From NCBI RefSeq assembly GCF_001462395.1, contig NZ_LNTB01000001.1:780001-812000 (forward strand): a stretch of 32,000 nucleotides of DNA. Reading direction: 5' to 3'. The notes under the pieces were generated by a model that saw only the letters and a list, made by a program, of their open reading frames with translations, searched no databases and was not told the origin of the DNA. Of this stretch, positions 23,165 to 30,461 are shown piece by piece. Positions within the stretch are counted from its first letter, which is position 1, and every line of letters starts with the position of its first letter. The position numbers and the translations under genes were made by a program. This DNA comes from Pyrodictium occultum (GTDB taxonomy: Archaea; Thermoproteota; Thermoprotei_A; Sulfolobales; Pyrodictiaceae).

Positions 23165-23477
23165 GATCTATATAGGCGAGTCCGATCGCTATAGGGGCAA
23201 GCCCCTCTACATGTACCTCCTAGAGCTCTTCCGAAGCCGCGGGATGAGGGGCGCTACAGTGTTCCGCGCGCTGGCCGGGTATGGGAGGCATAGCGTGATC
23301 CACTCGCCCCATGTGCTGAGGCTCTCTGAGGATCTTCCCCTGGTGGTGGAGGTTGTCGATGAGGAGGAGCGGGTGAGAAGGGTGCTGGAGGAGGTGAAGA
23401 AGGTTGTTAGGGAGGGCCTCGTTACGATCGAGCCTGTCGAGGTAGTGTTCTATGGCAGCCATAGAGAGGAGGGCTGA
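23136..23477 (+). CDS. DUF190 (UPF0166, PII-like) protein commonly paired with crcB
   Basis: LRIYIGESDRYRGKPLYMYLLELFRSRGMRGATVFRALAGYGRH...LPLVVEVVDEEERV...VTIEPVEVV. Overlaps the crcB end by 29 nt. Confidence 0.8.
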   Translation: MGVARWLRLRIYIGESDRYRGKPLYMYLLELFRSRGMRGATVFRALAGYGRHSVIHSPHVLRLSEDLPLVVEVVDEEERVRRVLEEVKKVVREGLVTIEPVEVVFYGSHREEG

Positions 23478-23509
23478 GAATGGCCCTGTAGGCTCTAAAA
23501 GGACAGTAA

Positions 23510-24220
23510 ATGGTATTACCGCGCCGGTGCGCCCCGATGTCCGCCGAGGCCCTCCCGGGCACCACTCCGGCCTCCCCGATCCCGGGCACTGTGGCCTCGA
23601 GGCCCAGGTTCAGCATCAGGAAGGATGAGGCTGGCCGGCTCGTGCCCCGGCACCACTCCGGCCTGGACCCCGGCCTGGTGGGGGAGCGCGCCTACACTCA
23701 CCCAGCGGTGCAGGAGTGGTGGCGCTGGCTTCGGGAGGAGTACCGGCCCCCCAGCCCGGTGGCCCTGGTCACGCCCTGCAGCAACGTGAAGCCCTACACC
23801 AGGAGCCCCACCTCCAGGAAGGTGAGGGGGCTCCTCCGCCGCCTCGGCCTATGGGGCGGCGGGGCCCCCAGGGGCGTCACCTGGCTCTACTTCTCAGACC
23901 TCCTCATCCTGGTGCCCTACGAGAGGGCCGGGGATTACCCAGCCTGCTGCTACGAGGCACCCCCAGACCTGGTGCTCGGGAGCCAGGAGCTGAGGAGCAT
24001 GGTGACAAGCCTGCTCGCAGAGGCCGTGGAGAGGCTGGTGGAGAGGGGGCTCAGGGAGGCAGTAGTATTCCTTCCCAGGAAGCACCTCACACTCTGGAGG
24101 GAGGCACGGGAGAAAGCCGCCAAGTGGCCCAGAGAGTACCACACAGGCTACACCATCTTCTCAACCCGCAGCCTCGAGGAAACACTGAGGAAAACACTGA
24201 GCCTCCACGGGCAGGGCTAA
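23510..24220 (+). CDS. Standalone DUF5591 / archaeosine-synthase (ArcS) C-terminal-domain-like protein
   Basis: ALVTPCSNVKPYTRSPTSRK (codons 23774-23806) matches the ArcS signature PC-x3-KPY-x2-S, but the trailing His of PC-x3-KPY-x2-S-x2-H is Ser here. No TGT or PUA domains. The second ATG at 23537 fits the CTCTAAAAGG box (23492-23501) better than ATG 23510. Confidence 0.6.
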   Translation: MVLPRRCAPMSAEALPGTTPASPIPGTVASRPRFSIRKDEAGRLVPRHHSGLDPGLVGERAYTHPAVQEWWRWLREEYRPPSPVALVTPCSNVKPYTRSPTSRKVRGLLRRLGLWGGGAPRGVTWLYFSDLLILVPYERAGDYPACCYEAPPDLVLGSQELRSMVTSLLAEAVERLVERGLREAVVFLPRKHLTLWREAREKAAKWPREYHTGYTIFSTRSLEETLRKTLSLHGQG

Positions 24221-24223
24221 GCC

Positions 24224-24231
24224 TTAAATTA
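24224..24231 (+). promoter_or_regulatory. TATA-like box (TTAAATTA) for serA
   Basis: Lies directly after the preceding stop and ~60 nt upstream of GTG 24289. GGAAGG at 24280-24285 is a possible Shine-Dalgarno. Confidence 0.45.
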
Positions 24232-24288
24232 GCCCGTGGGCGAGCTGTGTTTTCTTCCCGGCGGGCTGGAGGAAGCTCCGGAAGGCCC

Positions 24289-25299
24289 GTGAGGGGAGGT
24301 GGTGCAGTTGGATTCGGCCTTGAGCTAGCCTACATCGAGAAGCTCCGCCCCTGCCTCCAGGGCGCCCGCGTCCTGGTAACCGACCCGGTAGACGACCTCC
24401 TCCTGGAGGCACTCCGGGCGGTAGGGGCCCAGGTGGACTACAGGCCCGGGATAAGCCGCGGGGAGCTGCTCGCCCTCGTGCCCAGGTACGAGGCCCTCGT
24501 CGTGAGAAGCCGGACCCGGGTGGACCGGGAGGTACTCGAGCGTGCCGGGAACCTGCTCGTGGTCGCTAGGGCCGGCGTGGGTCTCGACAACGTGGACCTA
24601 GAGGCTGCCAGGGAGCGGAAGGTGCGTGTAGTAAACGCGCCAGGCGCAGCCACCCAGAGCGTCGCCGAGCTCACCATAGCCCTCATGATAGCTGCTGCCC
24701 GCCGCCTCCGCGAGTCAATGGAGCTGGCCAGCAGAGGAGTCTGGAAGAAGGTTGTCGGTGTCGAGCTCTACGGCAAGACACTGGCCGTAGTAGGGTTCGG
24801 GAGGATAGGCAGGAGGGTGGCCGAGATAGCGAGGGCCATAGGCATGGACATAATAGCGTACGATGTAGTCGATATAAGGGGCCACGCGGAGAAACTGGGC
24901 GCCCGAGTCGCCGAGGACCTGCACAGCGCCCTAGCCGAGGCGGACGTGGTTACCCTCCACGTGCCGCTGACCCCCGACACCTACCACCTCATGAGCTGGG
25001 AGGAGTTCAAGGCGATGAAGCGGGGCTCCATACTGGTAAACACCAGCAGGGGGGCCGTGGTGGATAGCGAGGCCCTGCTATGGGCCCTCAACGAGGGGGT
25101 AGTGGCCACGGCGGCGCTTGATGTACTGGAGCACGAGCCCCCGGCGACGGAGGCGGAGAAGAGGCTGGCCCAGCACCCGAGGGTCATACTCACAACCCAT
25201 ATAGGCGCTTCAACCGTCGAGGCCCAGCGCCGCGTCGCGATAGAGACTGTGAGGAGGCTCCTAGAAGCGCTGGCCGAGGCCAGGGGGTGCAGTAGGTGA
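24289..25299 (+). CDS. serA: D-3-phosphoglycerate dehydrogenase (short form, no ACT domain) / D-2-hydroxyacid dehydrogenase family
   Basis: Motifs: ALVVRSRTRV, VARAGVGLDNVDLEAA, VVNAPGAATQSVAELT, GKTLAVVGFGRIGRRVA (NAD fold), LVNTSRGAVVD, THIGASTVEAQ. The track ORF 23716..25299 is an upstream read-through. GTG 24289 is the last start codon before the conserved core (alternative 24247). Confidence 0.8.
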   Translation: MRGGGAVGFGLELAYIEKLRPCLQGARVLVTDPVDDLLLEALRAVGAQVDYRPGISRGELLALVPRYEALVVRSRTRVDREVLERAGNLLVVARAGVGLDNVDLEAARERKVRVVNAPGAATQSVAELTIALMIAAARRLRESMELASRGVWKKVVGVELYGKTLAVVGFGRIGRRVAEIARAIGMDIIAYDVVDIRGHAEKLGARVAEDLHSALAEADVVTLHVPLTPDTYHLMSWEEFKAMKRGSILVNTSRGAVVDSEALLWALNEGVVATAALDVLEHEPPATEAEKRLAQHPRVILTTHIGASTVEAQRRVAIETVRRLLEALAEARGCSR

Positions 25300-26378
25300 C
25301 CGGGGAGCTGCTCTTCACGCCGGGCCCAGTTATGATGCACGAGCGCGTCCTCCGCGCCATGGCGGGGCAGGTGATCAGCCACCGGTCCGAGGAGTTCCGC
25401 CGCCTGCTCGACGAGGTCCGGGAGCTGCTCGCCAGGGTGTACGGGGGCGGCGAGCCTCTAGTGCTCACGGGCAGCGGCACACTAGCGGTAGAGTCTATGG
25501 CATGGAGCCTGGTGGAGCCCGGCGAGAGGGTTCTCGTGGTCAGCCACGGGGAGTTCGGCGAGAGGCTGGTCGACACCCTGCGCCGCAGGGGGGCTCTGGT
25601 CGAGACTGTGGAGGCCGAGAGGCCGGGCGTCCACGTGCCGGCCGAGAAGGTGATCGAGAAGCTGGATGAGGCCGGGTACGCCGCAGTGGCAATGGTGTAT
25701 ACCGAGACCAGCCTCGGGCTCAGCTACCGGGACGCGGAGCGCGTAGCCAAGGCTGCCAAGGACCGCGGCGCCCTAGTGCTCGTCGACGCCGTCTCAGCCC
25801 TCGCCGGGGAGAGGGTGCCGGCCCTCGGCATCGTCGACGCGGTGGCCTCGGCGGCCCAGAAGGCTGTGGCGGGGCCCCCCGGCGTCTCATTCATAGCCGT
25901 ATCCGGCAACGCCCTGGAGAAGATGAGGAGGCTCCGCGTGAGGCCGCCTAACTACCTGGACCTCTGGAAGGTGTATAGCTTCCACAGCGAGAGGAGGGAG
26001 ACCCCCTACACGCCCGCAGTCAACCTCCTCTACGGGCTCCGGGAGGCCTTGACGCTCATAGTGGAGAGGGGCGTCGACGCCTGGATAGAGGCCCACCGGG
26101 AGAGGGCTGAGATCCTCTACAGCAAGCTTCCAGGCTACGGCCTGGAGCCCGTGGTGGAGCCGGGCTACCGGGCCAACACGGTGGCGGCGTTCTACACCCC
26201 GGTGCCGAGCGGCACGCTGGCCTCGGAGCTGGCCCGCCGCGGGATACGCGTGGCCCGCGGCATGGGCCAGCTCCGCGACAGGGTGGTTAGAATAGCCACT
26301 ATGGGCTGGCTCCCCCACGGCGCGTTCGAGAAGCTTTTCGAGGCCCTCTCCGAGGCCCTGGCTCAGCCCTCCTCCTAG
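25296..26378 (+). CDS. Class-V (AGXT/phosphoserine-type) pyridoxal-phosphate aminotransferase
   Basis: 360 aa. Motifs: LFTPGPVMMHERVLRAM, TGSGTLAVE, LVDAVSALAG, and PLP-lysine context ASAAQKAVAGPPG. The start GTGA overlaps the serA stop, implying translational coupling. Confidence 0.85.
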   Translation: MTGELLFTPGPVMMHERVLRAMAGQVISHRSEEFRRLLDEVRELLARVYGGGEPLVLTGSGTLAVESMAWSLVEPGERVLVVSHGEFGERLVDTLRRRGALVETVEAERPGVHVPAEKVIEKLDEAGYAAVAMVYTETSLGLSYRDAERVAKAAKDRGALVLVDAVSALAGERVPALGIVDAVASAAQKAVAGPPGVSFIAVSGNALEKMRRLRVRPPNYLDLWKVYSFHSERRETPYTPAVNLLYGLREALTLIVERGVDAWIEAHRERAEILYSKLPGYGLEPVVEPGYRANTVAAFYTPVPSGTLASELARRGIRVARGMGQLRDRVVRIATMGWLPHGAFEKLFEALSEALAQPSS

Positions 26379-26435
26379 CCGGCGGCCACCAGTTATGGTA
26401 GTACAGCCCTCTAGCAGGCCCCGGGGGCCGGGGCC

Positions 26436-27512
26436 GTGGCCTGGTGGTGGAAGTGGAGCAGGCCCAGCATACTGGTCGAGGGTGCTGAGCGCTACGAGCG
26501 GGTGGAGATCCCCGTCTACCGGAGCAGCGGCGGCCCGGTGTTCAAGACGCTGCTGAGCAGCGGCTGCAGGATGGACTGCCGCTACTGCCCCTTCGCCCAC
26601 GGCGTCCCCGTGGCCAGGGAGGCGTGGAGCCCCGGTAAGCTGGTCCGCGTCTTCCTGGAGGCGTACCGCAGGGGCTGGGTCCGCGGGCTCTTCCTCAGCA
26701 GCGGGCTCTACGCCGACCCGGAGAGAGTTAGCGAGGACCTCGTCTCGGTCGCCTGGGAGCTGAGGAGGAGGGGCTACAGGGGCTACCTCCACCTCCGCCT
26801 CATGCCCGGTACTCCGCTGTGGCTGGTCCGGGAGGCGCTCCGGGTGGCGGACCGTGTGGGGCTCAACTTGGAGGCGCCGGGGCCCAGCAGGCTGGCGGAG
26901 ATAGCGCCGAGCAAGGGAAGCTGGAGCCTCGACCTCCTCAGCCGCCTCCTCTACGCGGCCCATGCAGCCGGGGACCCGCGTAGGGTTGATACCCAGCTCG
27001 TTGTCGGGGCGTCGGGGGAGAGCGACTGGGAAATACTGCAGCTTGCGGAGAACCTTTCCAGGGAGGGTGTCGGGGTTATGCACTTCAGCCCCTACACCCC
27101 GGTGCCCGGGACCCCACTCGCCAGGGTGAGGAGGGCGACCCCCGCCTGGAGGAGCAGGCAGCTCTACGAGGCCTGGACCCTCATCAGCCGCTACGGCTTC
27201 ACCCTGCGGGACATCGAGCCCCTGCTCGACGATGATGGCAACCTGCCGCCCTCCACCAGGCCGCTCAAGGAGAGGCTGGCCGAGGCGCACCCCGAGTGGT
27301 TCCCCGTGGACCCCTGGACCGCCCCGCTGCGGGAGCTGCTCCGGGTACCCGGCATCGGCCCCGCCAGGGCGAGGAGGCTGCTCGACGCCAGGGAGAAGGG
27401 CGTGCTGGACGCGGCGACGCTACGCCGCATCCTAGGGCCAGGCTGGCGCCGGGCGCAGCGCTACCTCGACCTATCGGGCCCCCGCGGCCTAGCGGCGCTC
27501 GCCCGCCGCTAG
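26436..27512 (+). CDS. Radical SAM protein with C-terminal helix-hairpin-helix (COG4277 / 'putative DNA modification/repair radical SAM' type)
   Basis: CRMDCRYC cluster motif (26565-26588). Further motifs: GLFLSSG, YLHLRLMPGT, TQLVVGASGESDWEIL, RQLYEAWTLISRYGF, and the HhH LLRVPGIGPARARRLL. The motif order matches my recollection of that family. No HMM was run. Confidence 0.7.
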   Translation: MAWWWKWSRPSILVEGAERYERVEIPVYRSSGGPVFKTLLSSGCRMDCRYCPFAHGVPVAREAWSPGKLVRVFLEAYRRGWVRGLFLSSGLYADPERVSEDLVSVAWELRRRGYRGYLHLRLMPGTPLWLVREALRVADRVGLNLEAPGPSRLAEIAPSKGSWSLDLLSRLLYAAHAAGDPRRVDTQLVVGASGESDWEILQLAENLSREGVGVMHFSPYTPVPGTPLARVRRATPAWRSRQLYEAWTLISRYGFTLRDIEPLLDDDGNLPPSTRPLKERLAEAHPEWFPVDPWTAPLRELLRVPGIGPARARRLLDAREKGVLDAATLRRILGPGWRRAQRYLDLSGPRGLAALARR

Positions 27513-27649
27513 CCCTCCAGCTTCCTTTATCCCGGGGAGCGGGCCTCCTGGGTAGCCCAGGGGCGCGCGGGCGGCTGCCGGGGATAGTCTTGGCCGGCTA
27601 TGGTGGCAGGGCTGGTGTCCTCCAGGCCGGGGGCGGCGGAAGGGGGAGG

Positions 27650-28348
27650 GTGCTGCTGTCGCGCGTGCTCACGGGCGCCATCCCCTTCATAGTGGTCTAC
27701 ATCGGCTACGAGTCGGCCCGCGACATAGCGCTGCGGCTGCACGGGGCGGCGGCCTTCATCCCGACGGCGAGCATAGATGCCGAGAGGAGGCTCTTCGGCG
27801 AAACCCTCGCAGCCTTCTTCGCAGCCCATCGGAGCCTGGCACTTGACGTGGCTGCTAACCTTGTCTACGCGCTCCATCCCCTCTACTTCCTGGTCTTTTC
27901 CTTCTACATGCTCTTCCGCCGTCCCCGCCTCTTCCGCGGGCTCCTCCTCTCCTTCCTGGCCGCCAGCTCGGTGGCGACGCTGGTGTTCGCCCTCTACCCC
28001 ACGGCCCCGCCCTGGGTGGCGCTGCCGGGCGTCAATAGGCCGCCCAATTCTCTGCTTAAGCTGCAGGAGGCTATACTCGGGATGGGGACGCCCGTAGACC
28101 CGAACCCCTTCGCGGCCATGCCTAGCATGCACGTCTGTGTGGCAACCCTGTTCGCCTACTACCTCTGGAGGCTCACCGGCCGCCGCCTCCCCGGTGCGGC
28201 CTGGGTGCTGGTCATGGCGCTAGCCACGTTCTACACGGCCAACCACTACCTGCTCGACGCGGTAGCGGGCATCCTCCTGGGGCTAGCGTCGGGGCACCTG
28301 GGCTGGCTCCTGCAGGCGGATAGGCACGCAGAAGGAGCCCCCGGCTAG
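27650..28348 (+). CDS. PAP2_C / sphingomyelin-synthase- or IPC-synthase-like integral membrane phosphotransferase
   Basis: Polytopic. Motifs: YPTAPPW, AMPSMHV and TANHYLLDAVAG (H-Y-x-x-D). The start is uncertain: TTG 27590, GTG 27650 or GTG 27665. The track ORF from 27296 overlaps the previous gene. Confidence 0.6.
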   Translation: MLLSRVLTGAIPFIVVYIGYESARDIALRLHGAAAFIPTASIDAERRLFGETLAAFFAAHRSLALDVAANLVYALHPLYFLVFSFYMLFRRPRLFRGLLLSFLAASSVATLVFALYPTAPPWVALPGVNRPPNSLLKLQEAILGMGTPVDPNPFAAMPSMHVCVATLFAYYLWRLTGRRLPGAAWVLVMALATFYTANHYLLDAVAGILLGLASGHLGWLLQADRHAEGAPG

Positions 28349-29157
28349 GACGGCTCTCCCGCCACCGCCACGGGGACTACGGCCTCAGCTTTACCCCCCT
28401 TAGGATCCACGAGGCCTAGCACGAGAGGCGTGGTGGCATAGAGCTTTGCCACTAGCTCCGCCGGCTCCCTATCCTCGGAGAGGTACTGGATCACTGCACG
28501 GGTGTAGGGGGGCGCCCCTCCCACGAGCAGCCCACCGAGGGGTGCCAGGAAGCCGTCTCCCCTGGAGAGGTGCTCCCAGGACAGCGTGTCCTGGCCGCGG
28601 AAGAGCTTGAGGTGAAGCAGCCCGTGGGGGGCCTTTTCCAGGCTGTCCACCGCCAGGTAGTAGCTCTCCCTACTGCTAGGCTCCAGCCCCCCGAGATCCA
28701 GGAGCGAGAGGGAGCCGGGGGGTATGCGGAGCTTGTAAGCCCTCACCAGCACCGGGTGCAGGGACTCTAGGGCCTCCAGGAGGCCGGTAGCGTTGAACTC
28801 GAGTTCTATGATGGGCCCTCTGCTGGGGGACACCTGGAGCAGGCCCCTGCCCCTGCCGCCCAGGGTAATCATTATGGAGGCGTCCTTCTTGATGTAGATG
28901 CCTCCCCAGGGCAGCGTTATGTTGGTGCCCGTCTCCCCTAGCCTGAGGATCACCGTTCTCAGCAGCAGCGCTCTGTCAAGGTCTATGTAGACGCTGCAGT
29001 ACACGCCGTGCAGCGAGGCCATGCAGTAGCCGTTCGCATACCCTGTGTAGACCCTCACGGCGGCCCGGCTGGCGCTCACCGTGTAGTGGTACAGGGCTGC
29101 GAGCGATACGAGGAGGGCTGCGAGAAGTAGCAGCAGCCTGAGCCTGGCAGCATTCAT
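28345..29157 (-). CDS. Hypothetical secreted or N-terminally anchored protein (270 aa)
   Basis: The N-terminus MNAARLRLLLLLAALLVSLAALYHY is a signal or anchor. ATTATTTA (plus-strand 29207-29214) is a possible own TATA box. No family recognised. Confidence 0.55.
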   Translation of the reverse strand: MNAARLRLLLLLAALLVSLAALYHYTVSASRAAVRVYTGYANGYCMASLHGVYCSVYIDLDRALLLRTVILRLGETGTNITLPWGGIYIKKDASIMITLGGRGRGLLQVSPSRGPIIELEFNATGLLEALESLHPVLVRAYKLRIPPGSLSLLDLGGLEPSSRESYYLAVDSLEKAPHGLLHLKLFRGQDTLSWEHLSRGDGFLAPLGGLLVGGAPPYTRAVIQYLSEDREPAELVAKLYATTPLVLGLVDPKGGKAEAVVPVAVAGEPS

Positions 29158-29225
29158 GGCACACAGCCCCTCTGCAGTCGCCTTATCCTGCAGCGGCGCC
29201 CCGGTGTAAATAATGCCCCCGCTTG

Positions 29226-30362
29226 TTAGGCGCTGAGCGGGTGGGCGAGGCCCCAGTCTATGCTGAAGCGCAACTCCATCCCCGGCTCCAGGTGCTCTGC
29301 ATCCCTGGGGTGGAGGTAGGCCCTCAGCAGCCCCGCCTCCGTCTCCAGCAGCACGGTGACCCTGCCCCTCTCCCTGGCGAGGCTCCGGACCCTCCCCCTG
29401 TAGGCACCGTCCGGATCCGGGGCCACCGCCTCCGGCGGCACGGAGTAGACGCCCTGCATGCCGGGGTCGAGCCTCCCTGCCTCGACCACGTTGTGGCCTA
29501 GGAACCTCGCCACACGCGCCGAGGGAGGCCGGTAGTACACCTCCACCGATCTCCCGAAAGCCTCGATCCTCCCCTCGATGAGTACCGCGAGGTGGGTTGC
29601 AAGCGCCAGGGCCTCGTCCTGGTCATGTGTGACGTGCACCACAGTGGCGCCGGTTGCCCTATGTATAGCCGCCAACTCGCCGCGGAGCTGCTCAGCCAGC
29701 GGCCGGTCCAGGTGGCTGAGCGGCTCGTCGAGCAGCAGCACCCCTGCCCTGGTAGCCAGCGCCACCGCTATCGCGGCCCTCTGGAGCTGGCCCCCGCTGA
29801 GCCCGCCCGGCCTACGGTCGAGAACATCCTCTATCCCCAGCATCGCCGCCAGCCGCCGGGCCTCCTCCCGGGCCTCGCTCCGGCTGAGCCCCGCCCTCGT
29901 CTCGGCCGCTAGGATGATGTTCTCCTCGACCGTTAGGTGGGGGAGCAGCCCCGGCACCTGCTGGACCAGAGCGACCCCCCTCTCCCATGGGGGCTTCCTC
30001 GTCACATCCCTGCCCCCGACCAGCACGCGGCCCTCATCGGGCTCCAGCAGCCCTGCTATGGTGCGGAGCAGCGTTGTCTTCCCCGAGCCGCTGGGACCGA
30101 GTACCACCAGGTAGCCCGCTTCCTCGAGGCCGAAGCTCACCCGGTGGAGAACCCTCCTACCCCCAAGGCTGACGCTGAGGCCCTCAACCCGTATGCCGTA
30201 TGCCACAGCTCTCAGGGCCCAGGCTCTAGCAGCACTCTCCAGCCGAATAGGCTCAAAAGGCCGGTGGAGCGGCATAGCCGCCGGCCCGGGGCGCAGGGCG
30301 CCGGGGCCCTCGCGTCCATGGAGCCGGCTCGTCGCGGGCTGTGCTTGTCCACATCGTTCCAC
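29226..30362 (-). CDS. ABC transporter ATP-binding protein, CysA/ModC/PotA type, with C-terminal TOBE-like domain
   Basis: Walker A GPSGSGKTT, Q-loop, signature LSGGQLQR, Walker B LLLDEPLSHLD, H-loop VTHD, and a ~100-aa beta-rich C-terminal domain. Start options are GTG 30362, ATG 30275 and GTG 30206. GTG 30362 would be leaderless and sits ~26 nt from an AAATTAAA box. GTG 30206 gives the canonical N-terminus MAYGIRVEGL. Confidence 0.85.
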   Translation of the reverse strand: MERCGQAQPATSRLHGREGPGALRPGPAAMPLHRPFEPIRLESAARAWALRAVAYGIRVEGLSVSLGGRRVLHRVSFGLEEAGYLVVLGPSGSGKTTLLRTIAGLLEPDEGRVLVGGRDVTRKPPWERGVALVQQVPGLLPHLTVEENIILAAETRAGLSRSEAREEARRLAAMLGIEDVLDRRPGGLSGGQLQRAAIAVALATRAGVLLLDEPLSHLDRPLAEQLRGELAAIHRATGATVVHVTHDQDEALALATHLAVLIEGRIEAFGRSVEVYYRPPSARVARFLGHNVVEAGRLDPGMQGVYSVPPEAVAPDPDGAYRGRVRSLARERGRVTVLLETEAGLLRAYLHPRDAEHLEPGMELRFSIDWGLAHPLSA

Positions 30363-30377
30363 CCGGAAGATCCACCT

Positions 30378-30422
30378 TAGGAGAAATTAAATTAGAATTA
30401 AAGAAGAAGAAATTATTAATGG
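30378..30422. promoter_or_regulatory. AT-rich bidirectional promoter island between the ABC ATPase and the KamA-like gene
   Basis: TAGGAGAAATTAAATTAGAATTAAAGAAGAAGAAATTATTAATGG is by far the most AT-rich 45 nt in the window. It contains several TATA-like words in both orientations and repeated GAAATTA. Confidence 0.65.
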
Positions 30423-30461
30423 TAGTGGTGCCCTCCAGGTAACATTGCAGGGTGGAGCAAC

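Noticed and set aside
23716-24288. 190-codon upstream extension of the serA ORF (and similarly 27296..27589 for the PAP2_C-like ORF)
   Set aside because: The extensions overlap the preceding well-supported genes in another frame and are Pro/Gly/Arg-rich. The conserved cores begin only after the previous stop codons.
25887-27290. 467-aa ORF on the minus strand
   Set aside because: It is antisense to two plus-strand genes with clear family motifs (class-V aminotransferase and radical SAM/HhH). Its product is a Pro/Gly/Arg/Ala-rich low-complexity string. This is a typical stop-poor shadow frame of GC-rich DNA.
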